Assembly: GCA_965216875.1 (NCBI GenBank)
Contig: OZ244207.1
Coordinates: forward strand, 2,688,001 to 2,752,000
Length of the DNA stretch: 64,000 nt
DNA from: Rubripirellula sp.
GTDB taxonomy: Bacteria; Planctomycetota; Planctomycetia; Pirellulales; Pirellulaceae
Reading direction: 5' to 3'
Both the position numbers and the translations under genes were made by a program. The notes under the pieces are model-generated. The model saw only the letters and a program-made list of their open reading frames with translations, was not told the origin of the DNA and did not search any database. This document shows positions 1 through 9,381 of this stretch, one piece after another; position 1 is the first letter of the stretch; each line of letters starts with the position of its first letter.

Positions 1-610
1 GGGTGTCTTCAAAAGACATATTGAAGTCGCGCGCAACCGGCCCGGCATAGCTCAGCGCTTCGCCAATCTGATCGACCGTGTTAAACGACATATTGGCCGC
101 GGCCGTCAGTCCGTCCGCGACTCGAGTCGCTTCGTCAGCATCGAGGCCAAACTGACGAATCGAGGCGCTCATGATTCCCGACGCTGCCACCGCTTCGGTA
201 CCGGTTGCTCGAGCCAGGCTAAGAACCGATCCCGTCATCGCGTCAATTTGCGTCGGATCGAATCCGGCACGGCCGAGCTCCGTCATCAGGCCGCCGACTT
301 CGGTCGCGGTAAAACTTGTGGTTCGACCGAGCTCTGCAGCTAACGAGCTCATATCTTCGAATTCTTCGGCCGTTGCCCGTGTCACGGCGCGAGTTTGCAG
401 CATCGCATCGTCGAAACTTGCAAACGTCGCGACAGCGAGTGCGAGGGGCGCAGCTGCAGCAGCTCCGGATCCGAGAATCCCTGCGCCGATCGCCGTTGCC
501 GAACGGCCGAACGCTCGCAGCTTTCGTGTTGCCGCCTTGATGCCCTTGTCGAGCTTGGCACGTAGACCAAGTTCAACGTATGCGTTGCCGGCTCTGACTT
601 GCTTCGTCAT
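1..610 (-). CDS. Phage tail tape measure protein (TP901/PhageMin_Tail type), N-terminal part, truncated by the window edge
   Basis: Not in the ORF track. Manual translation from ATG 610: MTKQVRAGNAYVELGL...FASFDDAM...AAELGRTTSFTATEVGGLMTELGRAGF...GEALSYAGPVA. TGATG overlap with the upstream gene. Confidence 0.92.
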   Translation of the reverse strand, partial: MTKQVRAGNAYVELGLRAKLDKGIKAATRKLRAFGRSATAIGAGILGSGAAAAAPLALAVATFASFDDAMLQTRAVTRATAEEFEDMSSLAAELGRTTSFTATEVGGLMTELGRAGFDPTQIDAMTGSVLSLARATGTEAVAASGIMSASIRQFGLDADEATRVADGLTAAANMSFNTVDQIGEALSYAGPVARDFNMSFEDT

Positions 611-1149
611 CAGCTACCCCTTACGGCGTTGCGCCAAGAGGTTGCGATCGTGCCGGCTGCGATCTCTTGATCGAGCGCCTTGCTCATAAAGGGTCGAGCC
701 GGGTAGATCGCAACGCGTTTGCGTTGCTGCAGTGCTTTGCCAGGTCGATGGAATCGGTTGGTCTGATACCACTGACCGCGCCGCCGGTAACGCACCTCGG
801 TGATAGGAACGGCGCCGCCAAATTCGTGGAGCTGGGGAATAGTCAACCGACCACCGGACCGCCTCACACGGTTCAGCCGGACTGGCCCAACGACAACGCT
901 TTGACTTTGCTTGTCGTAGAAAAACAGGATCGTTCGCAGCGACGCCCCTGAGTCGGTGTGTGTGCTCGGGGCCTGGTCAGGTCGCGCAACCCCTTTGCGT
1001 GGACGAAGAATTCGCCGCCGCGCTCTTGTGCGAATGAACGCTCCCTGGCGCGACAGAACGCGAACGCGAGCCTGGTCGACGCGCCGCATGACTTCGGCAC
1101 GGTCGAAGAACAGTTTCGAAACGCTGTAGGTTGGAGCGAGCGCGACCAT
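610..1149 (-). CDS. Phage tail/neck completion protein (HK97 gp10-like)
   Basis: C-terminal YPARPFMSKAL and HEFGG motifs; position in the tail operon. Confidence 0.7.
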   Translation of the reverse strand: MVALAPTYSVSKLFFDRAEVMRRVDQARVRVLSRQGAFIRTRARRRILRPRKGVARPDQAPSTHTDSGASLRTILFFYDKQSQSVVVGPVRLNRVRRSGGRLTIPQLHEFGGAVPITEVRYRRRGQWYQTNRFHRPGKALQQRKRVAIYPARPFMSKALDQEIAAGTIATSWRNAVRGS

Positions 1150-1168
1150 GTTTCCGCGGAAACGTTTC

Positions 1169-1551
1169 TCAGGCGTCCCGCACTTGATCCGGTGTTACGT
1201 GAAGGATCGAAACGGGCCGCTTTTGGGCCAGCTTCTTAAATTCACCGGATACAAAGTCAGAGTCGAACTTGGTCGGCCGGCGACGTCGCTGTCGCTTCAT
1301 TGGGTTCCACTCGTCGGGCCTGGTCGCTGACGCTCCGGATCCCCGGTTTGCGTTGTAGACCAAACTCAACAGAGCGGCGGTGTGCTCCCACTGGTCGGAG
1401 CGTTTTGCGTTTGCCGCGTCGACCAGCTGCCCAAACGTCATGCGCTGGGCAAAAGGATCAACGCCGGCGATCGCACTTAGCTGGGCGACGATTGACCAGC
1501 CGTCGGCTGATCTTCTTCGTCGCCTTCGCCTACCAACTTGGCGAGTGCCTT
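1169..1551 (-). CDS. Tail assembly chaperone C-terminal (gpT-like) segment, probably reached by a -1 frameshift
   Basis: WSIVAQLSAIAGVDP...W-HTA-LL...N..R...P.EWNP segment in the -1 frame overlapping the end of 1477..1989, with no good start of its own. Confidence 0.6.
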
Positions 1552-1989
1552 TCGTCGCTTCGACGCGCTCTTGCGGAGTTGATTCTTTGCGATTCGATCG
1601 GCCTGGGCCCGATCGACCAGACGGTTTGCTTCCTTGCGATCGTCTCGATCGGCGGCGACCATTGCTCTTGCGAGCTCGGCCTGCGCAGAGCGACCGATCG
1701 AATCGGAAAAAGACGCGTAGGCTCGCAGCCAGCAATCCGAAACCTCGTCGAGCTTCGGTGTGATCTCGCGAATGAACTGATCTTCGTCGACGTCGCGGTT
1801 TTCGGCCTGCGGTCGAATCGAATGCCACACGTAGTGAGCAAAGTCGATCGGGTTGCCGATCACCTGTTGCATGCCCTCGTTCGTGACGATGTCGACACCG
1901 ATCTCGGCTCGAATGTCACGGACTCGGGGAAGGTCGTAGGCGATCTCGTAGTCGTGATCGCCCGCTGTGAAGGTGGTTTTGTTTGACAT
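1477..1989 (-). CDS. Tail assembly chaperone (gpG-like)
   Basis: 170 aa ORF between the tail tube and tape measure genes, with an overlapping -1 frame ORF. Confidence 0.7.
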   Translation of the reverse strand: MSNKTTFTAGDHDYEIAYDLPRVRDIRAEIGVDIVTNEGMQQVIGNPIDFAHYVWHSIRPQAENRDVDEDQFIREITPKLDEVSDCWLRAYASFSDSIGRSAQAELARAMVAADRDDRKEANRLVDRAQADRIAKNQLRKSASKRRKALAKLVGEGDEEDQPTAGQSSPS

Positions 1990-2105
1990 GGTTCTCGGAA
2001 TTTACGTTTTGACGGAAAAGCGAATTTCGCTAAGCTGACAGACGCTACAGGTGCACTAATGAGGTCGGCAAACCTTTCGGTTTGCCGGCCTCACGCCTTT
2101 TGGGC

Positions 2106-2738
2106 CTAGAGCTTGCGTTTGCCTTTTGGGTCCGGCTTTTCGGTTTCGGCTTCCGCTTCGTCAGCTTCCGCTTCATCCTTTGCACGCTGCTCGAGCTCGG
2201 CTTGCTCGGCCTCTTCCCGCTCGGCTTGTTCGGCAGCTTCACGATCAGCCTTTTCCTTGGCTTCGCGTTTCTTTTTCGCTTCGGCCTTCTTTCTCGCTTC
2301 GCGATCGGCCTTTTCTTTGGCCTTACGCTGGGCCTCTTCGGCGAGCTTCTGCTTTTGTCGCTCTTTCTCGTCGGCTGCCTTGCGCGCTTGCTCGGCCTCG
2401 GCTTTTGCTTTGGCTTTGGATTCATCCGCTGCGGTGGCCGCATCCGCAGCGTCGCCCCGGTGCTCTTGCTCGAGCTTCTCGACAATTGCGTCGACGTGTT
2501 CGCTGTCGATCGATTCGTGATCACCGATCAGCTTTTCGAGCGTCACTCGCTGAACAGTCGTCACCATCGATGGTGGGAAACTCTCGAGCTTCTTGAGCGC
2601 TCGGATACTGGCGTCGGGATGCTCTGCGGCGAGCTTGATCAGTGGCAAGATGTCGGCCACGCGGATTTGAACGTTGACCGAGGCGCTGAGGAGCTCACGA
2701 ATCTTCTCGATCGTGGCTTTGGGCGTTAGTTTCTGCAT
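2106..2738 (-). CDS. Phage hypothetical protein with K/E/A-rich helical C-terminus
   Basis: 210 aa ORF with AAGGA RBS, in the tail operon. Confidence 0.75.
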   Translation of the reverse strand: MQKLTPKATIEKIRELLSASVNVQIRVADILPLIKLAAEHPDASIRALKKLESFPPSMVTTVQRVTLEKLIGDHESIDSEHVDAIVEKLEQEHRGDAADAATAADESKAKAKAEAEQARKAADEKERQKQKLAEEAQRKAKEKADREARKKAEAKKKREAKEKADREAAEQAEREEAEQAELEQRAKDEAEADEAEAETEKPDPKGKRKL

Positions 2739-2805
2739 CGTTTCGATCCTTCGTGTGGATGCTTGGTTTGAGAGTGGATTGGTTAAGAGGGTTGCCAGCG
2801 ATCGA

Positions 2806-3300
2806 CTATGGAACGCTGATCAAGACCGGCTCGATCTCCCAAGGATCAGGAGCGTCGACCGGATGCTCGGCGTCGGCGAACTTGAGCAGCACGTCGACTT
2901 CGACAACGCCCTCAAAGGGACGCGATTCGTCGAACTTCTCGACGTTGAACGGACCGCGGAAACCGTTGGCACCATCGAGCGTGATGTCACGATCGACCGC
3001 GGTGTAGTCGACGCACATATCATCGCCCTCGTAGGCTGCCTTCAGCTCAGCGAAGATCAGGTCCGTACCTCGTTTGCGGCGATACTTGAAACCGATCGTT
3101 TTGGTTCGCACGCCGCGGATATTGCGGGTGAACCCTGAACCTTTGATCTTGAAATCGTTGCCGCCTCGGCTGTCGGGTAGATCGACGTCTTCGGTGCGAG
3201 TGATTCGAGTCCAAACCGGGTTTTGAAAGTCACCCGATAGGTTCAAGTACTCGAACGTGCTGTGGCCGGGGAATGCCCCTTTGTCGTCGGTAACTGGCAT
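2806..3300 (-). CDS. Major tail tube protein
   Basis: 164 aa, beta-rich; NGFRGPFNVEKFDESRPFEGVVEVDV pattern; follows the tail terminator. Confidence 0.7.
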   Translation of the reverse strand: MPVTDDKGAFPGHSTFEYLNLSGDFQNPVWTRITRTEDVDLPDSRGGNDFKIKGSGFTRNIRGVRTKTIGFKYRRKRGTDLIFAELKAAYEGDDMCVDYTAVDRDITLDGANGFRGPFNVEKFDESRPFEGVVEVDVLLKFADAEHPVDAPDPWEIEPVLISVP

Positions 3301-3303
3301 CGC

Positions 3304-3852
3304 TTACTCCATGCGTTGGAAGGGGACAGTGATCACCGTCAGAAAGATTTGGTCAGAGTCGAGCAGCTCGTTGTCGAGCGTGGCCGGCTGTGTTGGTGTG
3401 CGGGCATAAAAGCCCTCGAATTGGCGATTGGCAAACATGCCTGCGTGCGACTCGTCTGGGCCGTCGTAGACGTCCGAGTCGACGCGACAAAATGAGTCAA
3501 AGATCTTCTCTGCGATCGTGTCGAGCGGATCGATCAGATCGACGTCATTGATCGCTTCGCCGTCGATGTTCGGCGGCAGTTTCCAAACCACTCCGATCTC
3601 GATCGACACATCGCGTGCGGAAACGCGGCCCTCTTCGCCGTTTCGGCCGCGACTTGCCGGCCGCACCGTCACGATCGGCTTGTCGAGCTCTTTCTTGGTC
3701 GCGAATGACGGGTGCCAAAGCGGACGCACGCCGACGGCCGCCGAGATCTCTTCATCGTTTCGATCGGTGTAGGTCACAGCCTCACCATCGAGAAGTTCAT
3801 CGGCGAGCCATGTGGCGACTTGGTTTGCGAGTCGTTTTGCGCGGCTTGTCAC
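3304..3852 (-). CDS. Tail terminator / neck protein (putative)
   Basis: 182 aa acidic protein between the head-closure and tail tube genes; coupled to the upstream stop. Confidence 0.55.
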   Translation of the reverse strand: MTSRAKRLANQVATWLADELLDGEAVTYTDRNDEEISAAVGVRPLWHPSFATKKELDKPIVTVRPASRGRNGEEGRVSARDVSIEIGVVWKLPPNIDGEAINDVDLIDPLDTIAEKIFDSFCRVDSDVYDGPDESHAGMFANRQFEGFYARTPTQPATLDNELLDSDQIFLTVITVPFQRME

Positions 3853-4220
3853 GGATCAATCTTGTCGGTGTGGATTCGCATTCGAACCTCGCGAGCGTCG
3901 GTGTATCGAAACGCCGCGCCTCGAGGTCCTTTGCAAAGTTCGTAAACGTGTCCCGTATCTTCGAGCGTGATCGTCGCACCTGGTCGCGGTTCGACTTGCT
4001 CGCCTTTGTGCACCATGTCGGCCGACTCACAAAGGAAGTCGTTCGTGTTGGTGCCGATCTCAACCTCGCCCTCGCCTCTGGCTTCGGACGATTGACTATT
4101 GGCCGGTGTGACTTCTAGCCGGATCTTCACCGCGCCGTCTTGGTAGACGGCCCATCCACCAGCGACGCGGTTAAGCGTTCGCTGGTGCAATCGCAGTGCG
4201 GTCCGGAAGATGTCGACCAT
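3849..4220 (-). CDS. Head closure / head-tail joining protein
   Basis: 123 aa; PRPGATI...YE...FRYTD...MRIHT pattern typical of gpFII-like proteins; directly after the capsid gene. Confidence 0.65.
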   Translation of the reverse strand: MVDIFRTALRLHQRTLNRVAGGWAVYQDGAVKIRLEVTPANSQSSEARGEGEVEIGTNTNDFLCESADMVHKGEQVEPRPGATITLEDTGHVYELCKGPRGAAFRYTDAREVRMRIHTDKIDP

Positions 4221-4223
4221 GGA

Positions 4224-5150
4224 CTAGGCGGGTACAACCGCCTCCGTTTTTCGGACGCTCGATGTCGTCAGAATCGGCACGTTGTGAGCATCGTCTGGGT
4301 ACGGTGCCGGTGTGCCTGTTGAGTTGGTCGCGGTACGACTCTTGCGAAGAAGCCCACGGGCTTTCTTGTTCATCACGAGGTGCGTCGCCGGCGCTTCCTC
4401 AGGGAACAAGTCAAGCAGGTCGCTGATCATGTCGTCATCAAGCGAGTTTTGGATGTTCGCGAGACGGGCGACAGACTTGGTTGTGGCGATCTGCAATCCA
4501 AGCCAGCCGGCAATCGGCTGCGCGTAACACGGGAAGAGGTTGCCGCTGGCGTCCTCCATGAACTGCTCAAAGTACTCGGAGATCTCGATGTTACCGTTTC
4601 CAAGCACAACACTGACACCGGTTTCATCTGGCACCGTTCGGACAGCCCACACCGAGGTTTGTTGGTTCGCAGTGGCACCACCTGCACCGATCACCATCTC
4701 CTCGGATAGAGCGTTGAAGATGTCAGCAAGGCCTTCAAAGCCCTTGTTGTCATCTGCAACGCCATAGAGTGACTGCTCTTCCGCCTTTCGGAACGCAGCC
4801 CGAAGGTGGCGGTTTCCTTCGCGTGCCATGTGCCCCGACACGCCGCGTCTCTTGTCGATCTCGGCGACCATCTTGTCGACGTGGAATGATGCGTCGAGGA
4901 TCTTCAGGCTCAAGGTGACAAGTTCGTCGCCAGACTTGTCGTGTTCGCGACCTTGGTTTACTTCGCGGAAACCAACGACGGGCGCCTCAGTCTCTTTTAG
5001 AAACGAGTGCGATTGACCGTTGGTAGACTCGATCGCGTGCATCGCAGAGAACCACGGCGCGCCATTGAAGATCTCCGTCGCACCCGCATCGCGAGCGTTC
5101 ATGTCGTTGATTTTGGCCATGTCGGCCAATGTCTGCAGATCGTCTGGCAT
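4224..5150 (-). CDS. Major capsid protein
   Basis: 308 aa after the protease; VGFREVNQG, KGFEGL, SVARLANI and HLVMNKK segments fit an HK97-fold capsid. Confidence 0.85.
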   Translation of the reverse strand: MPDDLQTLADMAKINDMNARDAGATEIFNGAPWFSAMHAIESTNGQSHSFLKETEAPVVGFREVNQGREHDKSGDELVTLSLKILDASFHVDKMVAEIDKRRGVSGHMAREGNRHLRAAFRKAEEQSLYGVADDNKGFEGLADIFNALSEEMVIGAGGATANQQTSVWAVRTVPDETGVSVVLGNGNIEISEYFEQFMEDASGNLFPCYAQPIAGWLGLQIATTKSVARLANIQNSLDDDMISDLLDLFPEEAPATHLVMNKKARGLLRKSRTATNSTGTPAPYPDDAHNVPILTTSSVRKTEAVVPA

Positions 5151-5307
5151 CTTCGCTTCCTTGCGGTTGGTGGACGGTCTCGATTGCTAAAAAAGGGTAG
5201 TCCTTCACTGCCGCAAGCCCGTCCCAGCAAACTGGGTACGGGCTCACAACTTGCTCATTCGACGGACGAAACCGGCAAACAAGCTCACCTGCTTGATCGT
5301 TGTCGCG

Positions 5308-6633
5308 CTAGCTCGCTGCGGATGCCCCCCGTTCCTTGAACAAGCTTGCCCATCCGCCCCCGCTGCTCGACTTGTCGCCGGAGCTGCCCTTGGCTGGTGC
5401 ACCGGTGGCAATTTCCTCCTCTTCACCGAGTGCAAGCGATTCGAGCTTCGCTTCCGCTTCGTCGGCCCGCTTGGTTTCGGCTTGCAGCTTCTCATCGAGA
5501 GCGACAATGTGAGTCTCGCAAGCGTCGCCCCAGTTCAGGCCGTCGGAGAAGTACTTCGCGCCGGTTTCGGTACCGAAGGCCTTCATGTATCGCTGCAGCT
5601 CGGCACGCGTTTCGAGCGCACCAGGCTTGCCCGCGTTCGATTCGCTGGCCTTTGGCTTATCCGATTCGTTGGTCGAATCGCTGGCCGTTTCCTTGGCGGG
5701 GGTTTCCGTCGACATGATCACCGTCCTTTTGGAGTTGGTGGATTGTTTGAGTGCCTCGAGGCTTTCAGAGAACGATTCGACTGAGTCGATCAGTGAGAGA
5801 TCTTTCGCGCGTTCCGCGACGTGCACGCGTCCATCGTTGAGCGACTTCACCGTCGACTCCGAGAGTCCGCGGCCGTTTTGAACCGCTTCCAGGAAGAAGG
5901 AATTCAGGCTGTCGATCAGCTTCTGTCGTTCCTCGAGCTGCGCGTCGGTCACTTCGGTGCCAGGTTGAAACGAACCTTTGAACTCGCCAGCTTTGACGAC
6001 GTGCACCTTCACGCCGAGCATTTCGGCCGCTTTGCTGTAGTCGTCGATCACCGCAAACGTTCCGATCGATCCGACCAGCGCCGTTGCGTTGGCCGATACT
6101 CGGGCTGCTTGCGATCCGAACCAGTAGGCGGCCGATGCGCCGAGATCTTCAAAGTGAGCGTGAACCGGTTTTTTCTTGGCTGCATTGGCGACTTCGTTGC
6201 CGAGCTCGCGCGTGCCAGCAACCGTTCCACCTGGTGACTCGATCCGCAGCATGATCGCGGAAACGTTTGGATCCTTTGCGGCCGTGCGAATCGATTGCCG
6301 CAGCATGACCGTCGACGCATTGCTCGAGAAACTTGCGCGGTGCTTCATCATCGCCCCGCGGCAGGAGACGATCGCCGTCCCGTCGCTGATTCGCGTGTAG
6401 GGGCTGTAGTAGTCGCCGGCACCAATATCACAGTCAGGGTGAGCAGCTTCGAGATCCTCGAGGCCGTTGGCTTCCACCTGTTGCAGATGCGATCGCAAGT
6501 TGAGCGATCGAATCGATTCGGTGAGTGCCTGCAGGTGGTCCGGTAAAATCGCCCACGGTCCGACCCACTGCTGAAAGTGTGGGACGTTTGCGACAGCTGC
6601 AGCGTCGAATTGAAGTTCGATCGGCTTGGTCAC
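5308..6633 (-). CDS. S49 (SppA/gpC-like) head maturation protease with C-terminal scaffold region
   Basis: IESPGG, ASAAYW, GSIG and AGEFK motifs; GTG start at 6633 overlaps the portal stop (GTGA), AGGAGG RBS. Confidence 0.92.
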   Translation of the reverse strand: MTKPIELQFDAAAVANVPHFQQWVGPWAILPDHLQALTESIRSLNLRSHLQQVEANGLEDLEAAHPDCDIGAGDYYSPYTRISDGTAIVSCRGAMMKHRASFSSNASTVMLRQSIRTAAKDPNVSAIMLRIESPGGTVAGTRELGNEVANAAKKKPVHAHFEDLGASAAYWFGSQAARVSANATALVGSIGTFAVIDDYSKAAEMLGVKVHVVKAGEFKGSFQPGTEVTDAQLEERQKLIDSLNSFFLEAVQNGRGLSESTVKSLNDGRVHVAERAKDLSLIDSVESFSESLEALKQSTNSKRTVIMSTETPAKETASDSTNESDKPKASESNAGKPGALETRAELQRYMKAFGTETGAKYFSDGLNWGDACETHIVALDEKLQAETKRADEAEAKLESLALGEEEEIATGAPAKGSSGDKSSSGGGWASLFKERGASAAS

Positions 6634-8225
6634 GCGTCGCCCTCCTGTGGCACTGCCACATTGATCTCGGGATAAATCGCGTAATCGAGTTTCATCGCAT
6701 CCTCGTCGCCAAGAATCTCTTTCGAGATTTTGCGACACTCAGCGATCACGCGAGCGGTGGTGCGCATGTTGTCGTACACACTGCCTTTGCCTCGTTGCTT
6801 GCAGATTCGCTCCGGATTGTCGAAACCGGCGCCAACCGCTTCTTTGTCGCCTCGAATCTCTTTGGTTGGATCCCACCACGGCATTCCGCGGGGCACCCAT
6901 TCCGTCTCGACGTCGGTCACGATCATGCCAGGCGGCAATTGCAGGCGGCCGGCTTGAACGAACTGCCGCATCTTCCAGAGTCCGTAGTCCTCACGCATCT
7001 GGATCTGATCGTCGCGTTTGTCCAACGCCGCGCGGTCGTAGTGCATCCAAGCGGCGCGGCTGCCGAAAAAGTTCGTGTGAGACTCGTCGTAGAACGAGTA
7101 GGGGATATCGAGCGACTTCAGAGCGACACCGATCACCAGGCTGCAGAATTGCTGCATCTCGGTCGACGGTGTCTTACTCTCGAGGAACTCGGCGCGATCC
7201 TTGCCATCGAGCTCGAGGTGAACGGGACCGAGGCCAAAGTTAACCTCGTACCGCTTACCCTCTGGGCCATCTTCGTCGTCGCCTTCGTCGATCTCGGTGT
7301 ATTCACCCGCGCCATTCTTGGCGTCTGAGAAGATCGACAGCGCGAACAGCTGCGAGACTTTCATCTTCGCGAGTGCGTAGTCGATCCCGCTGTAGACGTC
7401 GCGCAGGTTATTGAGCGCGGCAACGATCGGCGAAACACCTCGCACCTGGTCCGATGCATATCGCAGAAAATGGCCGTAGTGGATCAGGTTGCGAGCAGGA
7501 ACGATTCGCTCGAGCTCGTAGCCACTGCCACCGCGGCCGCGGCGATGCAGTGCAAAGTCGAGGGCTCGGCCGGCGGGCCCAAGTCGCACGCCCGATTCCC
7601 ATTCACTGATGTCACCGTTTCCGCGGAAACGCTTGTCGCGGAGATCTTTGTCGGTGAGATTGCGAATCAGATCGCTTTCGATTCCCTGCATTCGGCCGTT
7701 TCGAAGCAACGCCAAACCGGTATCGCCGTCGATCGTCCGACGCAGCTCGGCCATGCGAAACATCTTTTCGCGAGTGAACCGGCCGCCGGCGTCACACTTG
7801 CCCGCTTTCGAGTCGATCATCATCTCGCGTTCGAGATCGTTGTCGAGTTTCTCGAGCTGCTCGGGTGTGAATCGCTGCAGCAACCTCTCCGAGTTGCGGT
7901 TGCGGCCGTGGAAGTCGAACAAAGCGACGTAGTCGAGGTGGCGACGAATCATCCAGCCGGCAATCGCAAAATTGCGCACCAGGTCTTGAGAGGCCGCGGT
8001 GAGTTTGGTTCGGCGGCCGTGATGCAACAATCGATCTTCGCGGACGATCGTCGAGGGGCCTTTTTTCCGTCGGCCTTTCGATTCGAGCGCGTCGTATCCG
8101 CCACCCGTGCCGACAACACCGCCCATCGATGAAGCTGCGACGGTCGTACCGGTAGCGATCGCCAACTGGTCGGTGCAGGCGTCGGCAGCGGTAAGCATGA
8201 GCAGGAATCCAATCAGGCGAATCAT
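6630..8225 (-). CDS. Lambda-family portal protein
   Basis: GYDA, QVRGVS, NFFGSRAA and WWDPTKE motifs of lambda gpB-type portals. Confidence 0.93.
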   Translation of the reverse strand: MIRLIGFLLMLTAADACTDQLAIATGTTVAASSMGGVVGTGGGYDALESKGRRKKGPSTIVREDRLLHHGRRTKLTAASQDLVRNFAIAGWMIRRHLDYVALFDFHGRNRNSERLLQRFTPEQLEKLDNDLEREMMIDSKAGKCDAGGRFTREKMFRMAELRRTIDGDTGLALLRNGRMQGIESDLIRNLTDKDLRDKRFRGNGDISEWESGVRLGPAGRALDFALHRRGRGGSGYELERIVPARNLIHYGHFLRYASDQVRGVSPIVAALNNLRDVYSGIDYALAKMKVSQLFALSIFSDAKNGAGEYTEIDEGDDEDGPEGKRYEVNFGLGPVHLELDGKDRAEFLESKTPSTEMQQFCSLVIGVALKSLDIPYSFYDESHTNFFGSRAAWMHYDRAALDKRDDQIQMREDYGLWKMRQFVQAGRLQLPPGMIVTDVETEWVPRGMPWWDPTKEIRGDKEAVGAGFDNPERICKQRGKGSVYDNMRTTARVIAECRKISKEILGDEDAMKLDYAIYPEINVAVPQEGDA

Positions 8226-8434
8226 TAGCCATCCAGGCGATAGGTGGACGCGCGAGGCCGTAGATTTCGAAACTCTGGTAGCTGAGATTCGAGGTGCTTT
8301 AGCTGCCGGCGAAGTTCGTCGAGATCCAGAACGGTCGTCGTGCCATCGTCGGTGATGGACTTCACGCCGCTTTCGAGGATCTCGCGGATCTCGTTGGCTT
8401 TGGCTCGAATTTCAGAGATTTGTCGTTTGGCCAT
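8225..8434 (-). CDS. Head completion protein (lambda gpW-like)
   Basis: 69 aa helix-hairpin-helix (SGVKSITDDGTTT...DELRRQLKHLE) just upstream of the portal. Confidence 0.75.
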   Translation of the reverse strand: MAKRQISEIRAKANEIREILESGVKSITDDGTTTVLDLDELRRQLKHLESQLPEFRNLRPRASTYRLDG

Positions 8435-8472
8435 GAGGGCGACGTTACGTCACCGCAGGACGGGCCAGAATG

Positions 8473-8499
8473 CAGGAAATGCGGATCCCGCATTTCCTG
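8473..8499. promoter_or_regulatory. Perfect 12-bp inverted repeat upstream of the head operon (candidate activator/operator site)
   Basis: CAGGAAATGCGG-ATC-CCGCATTTCCTG. Confidence 0.5.
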
Positions 8500-8517
8500 T
8501 CAGATTTTTTTGCGCAT

Positions 8518-8556
8518 AAAAAAGCACCCGACGCAGGGGTAGATTCCGTCGGGTGC
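8518..8556 (-). terminator. Intrinsic terminator between the terminase module and the head operon
   Basis: 10-bp perfect stem GCACCCGACG/CGTCGGGTGC followed by T6 on the minus strand. Confidence 0.8.
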
Positions 8557-8740
8557 GAATCGATGAGGCAGCATCGATGTCGTCAATGTACCCATTCGCT
8601 AGGCAAAGTCAACCGAGCCGCGACGATGCCGAGCCGCGCAGCGTGTTCGGCTTCGGAGCGGCTCACCAAAGGCCATGACGGAGGTCGATCAAGTACGGAA
8701 GCGCAGCGGAGCAAGGTTCTTGAGCGACCGGAGGCCGCAG

Positions 8741-8974
8741 TTACCGTCGCGAACGAATCAGCGAATTCACCGCTTCGCTGGCCTTCCGCCAACATGCGTT
8801 CGAATCACAGAACCAGGCACCGCGGTAGATCTCACGTGTTGCCAGCTTCCCGCACACGCAACACGTTCGCGACTGCGACTTCATCTGCTCGATCTGATCG
8901 AGTGCGTCGTCGATCACTTCCTCGTCTGACGAACTTCCCAACCATCGCCAGAGACATTTCAGCTTTCCAAGCAT
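8741..8974 (-). CDS. Small Cys-rich phage hypothetical protein
   Basis: 77 aa with CCVC and C-x3-C; starts 7 nt after the upstream stop. Confidence 0.5.
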   Translation of the reverse strand: MLGKLKCLWRWLGSSSDEEVIDDALDQIEQMKSQSRTCCVCGKLATREIYRGAWFCDSNACWRKASEAVNSLIRSRR

Positions 8975-8980
8975 GGCGAA

Positions 8981-9364
8981 TCAAACCTCGTTTACGAGCT
9001 CGCGATCAACGCGTGACTGTCCGCAGTTCTCGCACGTTGTGTTGCGAAACATCACAGCGGTGTAAGGTCCAAACATCGGATCGTTACCAGCACACTCGAC
9101 GCGCCGAGTGTTGCTGTAGGGAGTGCGTTTGGTCGACTGGCACTTGCCGCACTTAGGCGGGTACCCTTCGCTCGATTGGCCGCTCGTTTTGCTGCCGGCC
9201 GGCCGCCCAGCTTTCTTTGCCGGCTTCGCGGGCGTTTTCTTCTTTGCCGGCTTCGAGGCGACCGGTTTCTTTTTGCGCGGCACCTTCTTGGTCGCCTTTT
9301 TCTTGGCGGCCTTCTTTCGCGGTCGAATCGGTTCAACCGGCTTTTTCTTTCTCGTGTTGCCCAC
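8981..9364 (-). CDS. Lys-rich N-terminus + C4 zinc ribbon protein (possible Ogr/Delta-like late regulator)
   Basis: CGKC...CENC; AAGGAG RBS; directly after the terminase. Confidence 0.7.
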   Translation of the reverse strand: MGNTRKKKPVEPIRPRKKAAKKKATKKVPRKKKPVASKPAKKKTPAKPAKKAGRPAGSKTSGQSSEGYPPKCGKCQSTKRTPYSNTRRVECAGNDPMFGPYTAVMFRNTTCENCGQSRVDRELVNEV

Positions 9365-9381
9365 GTTGCAGACTCCTTTTG

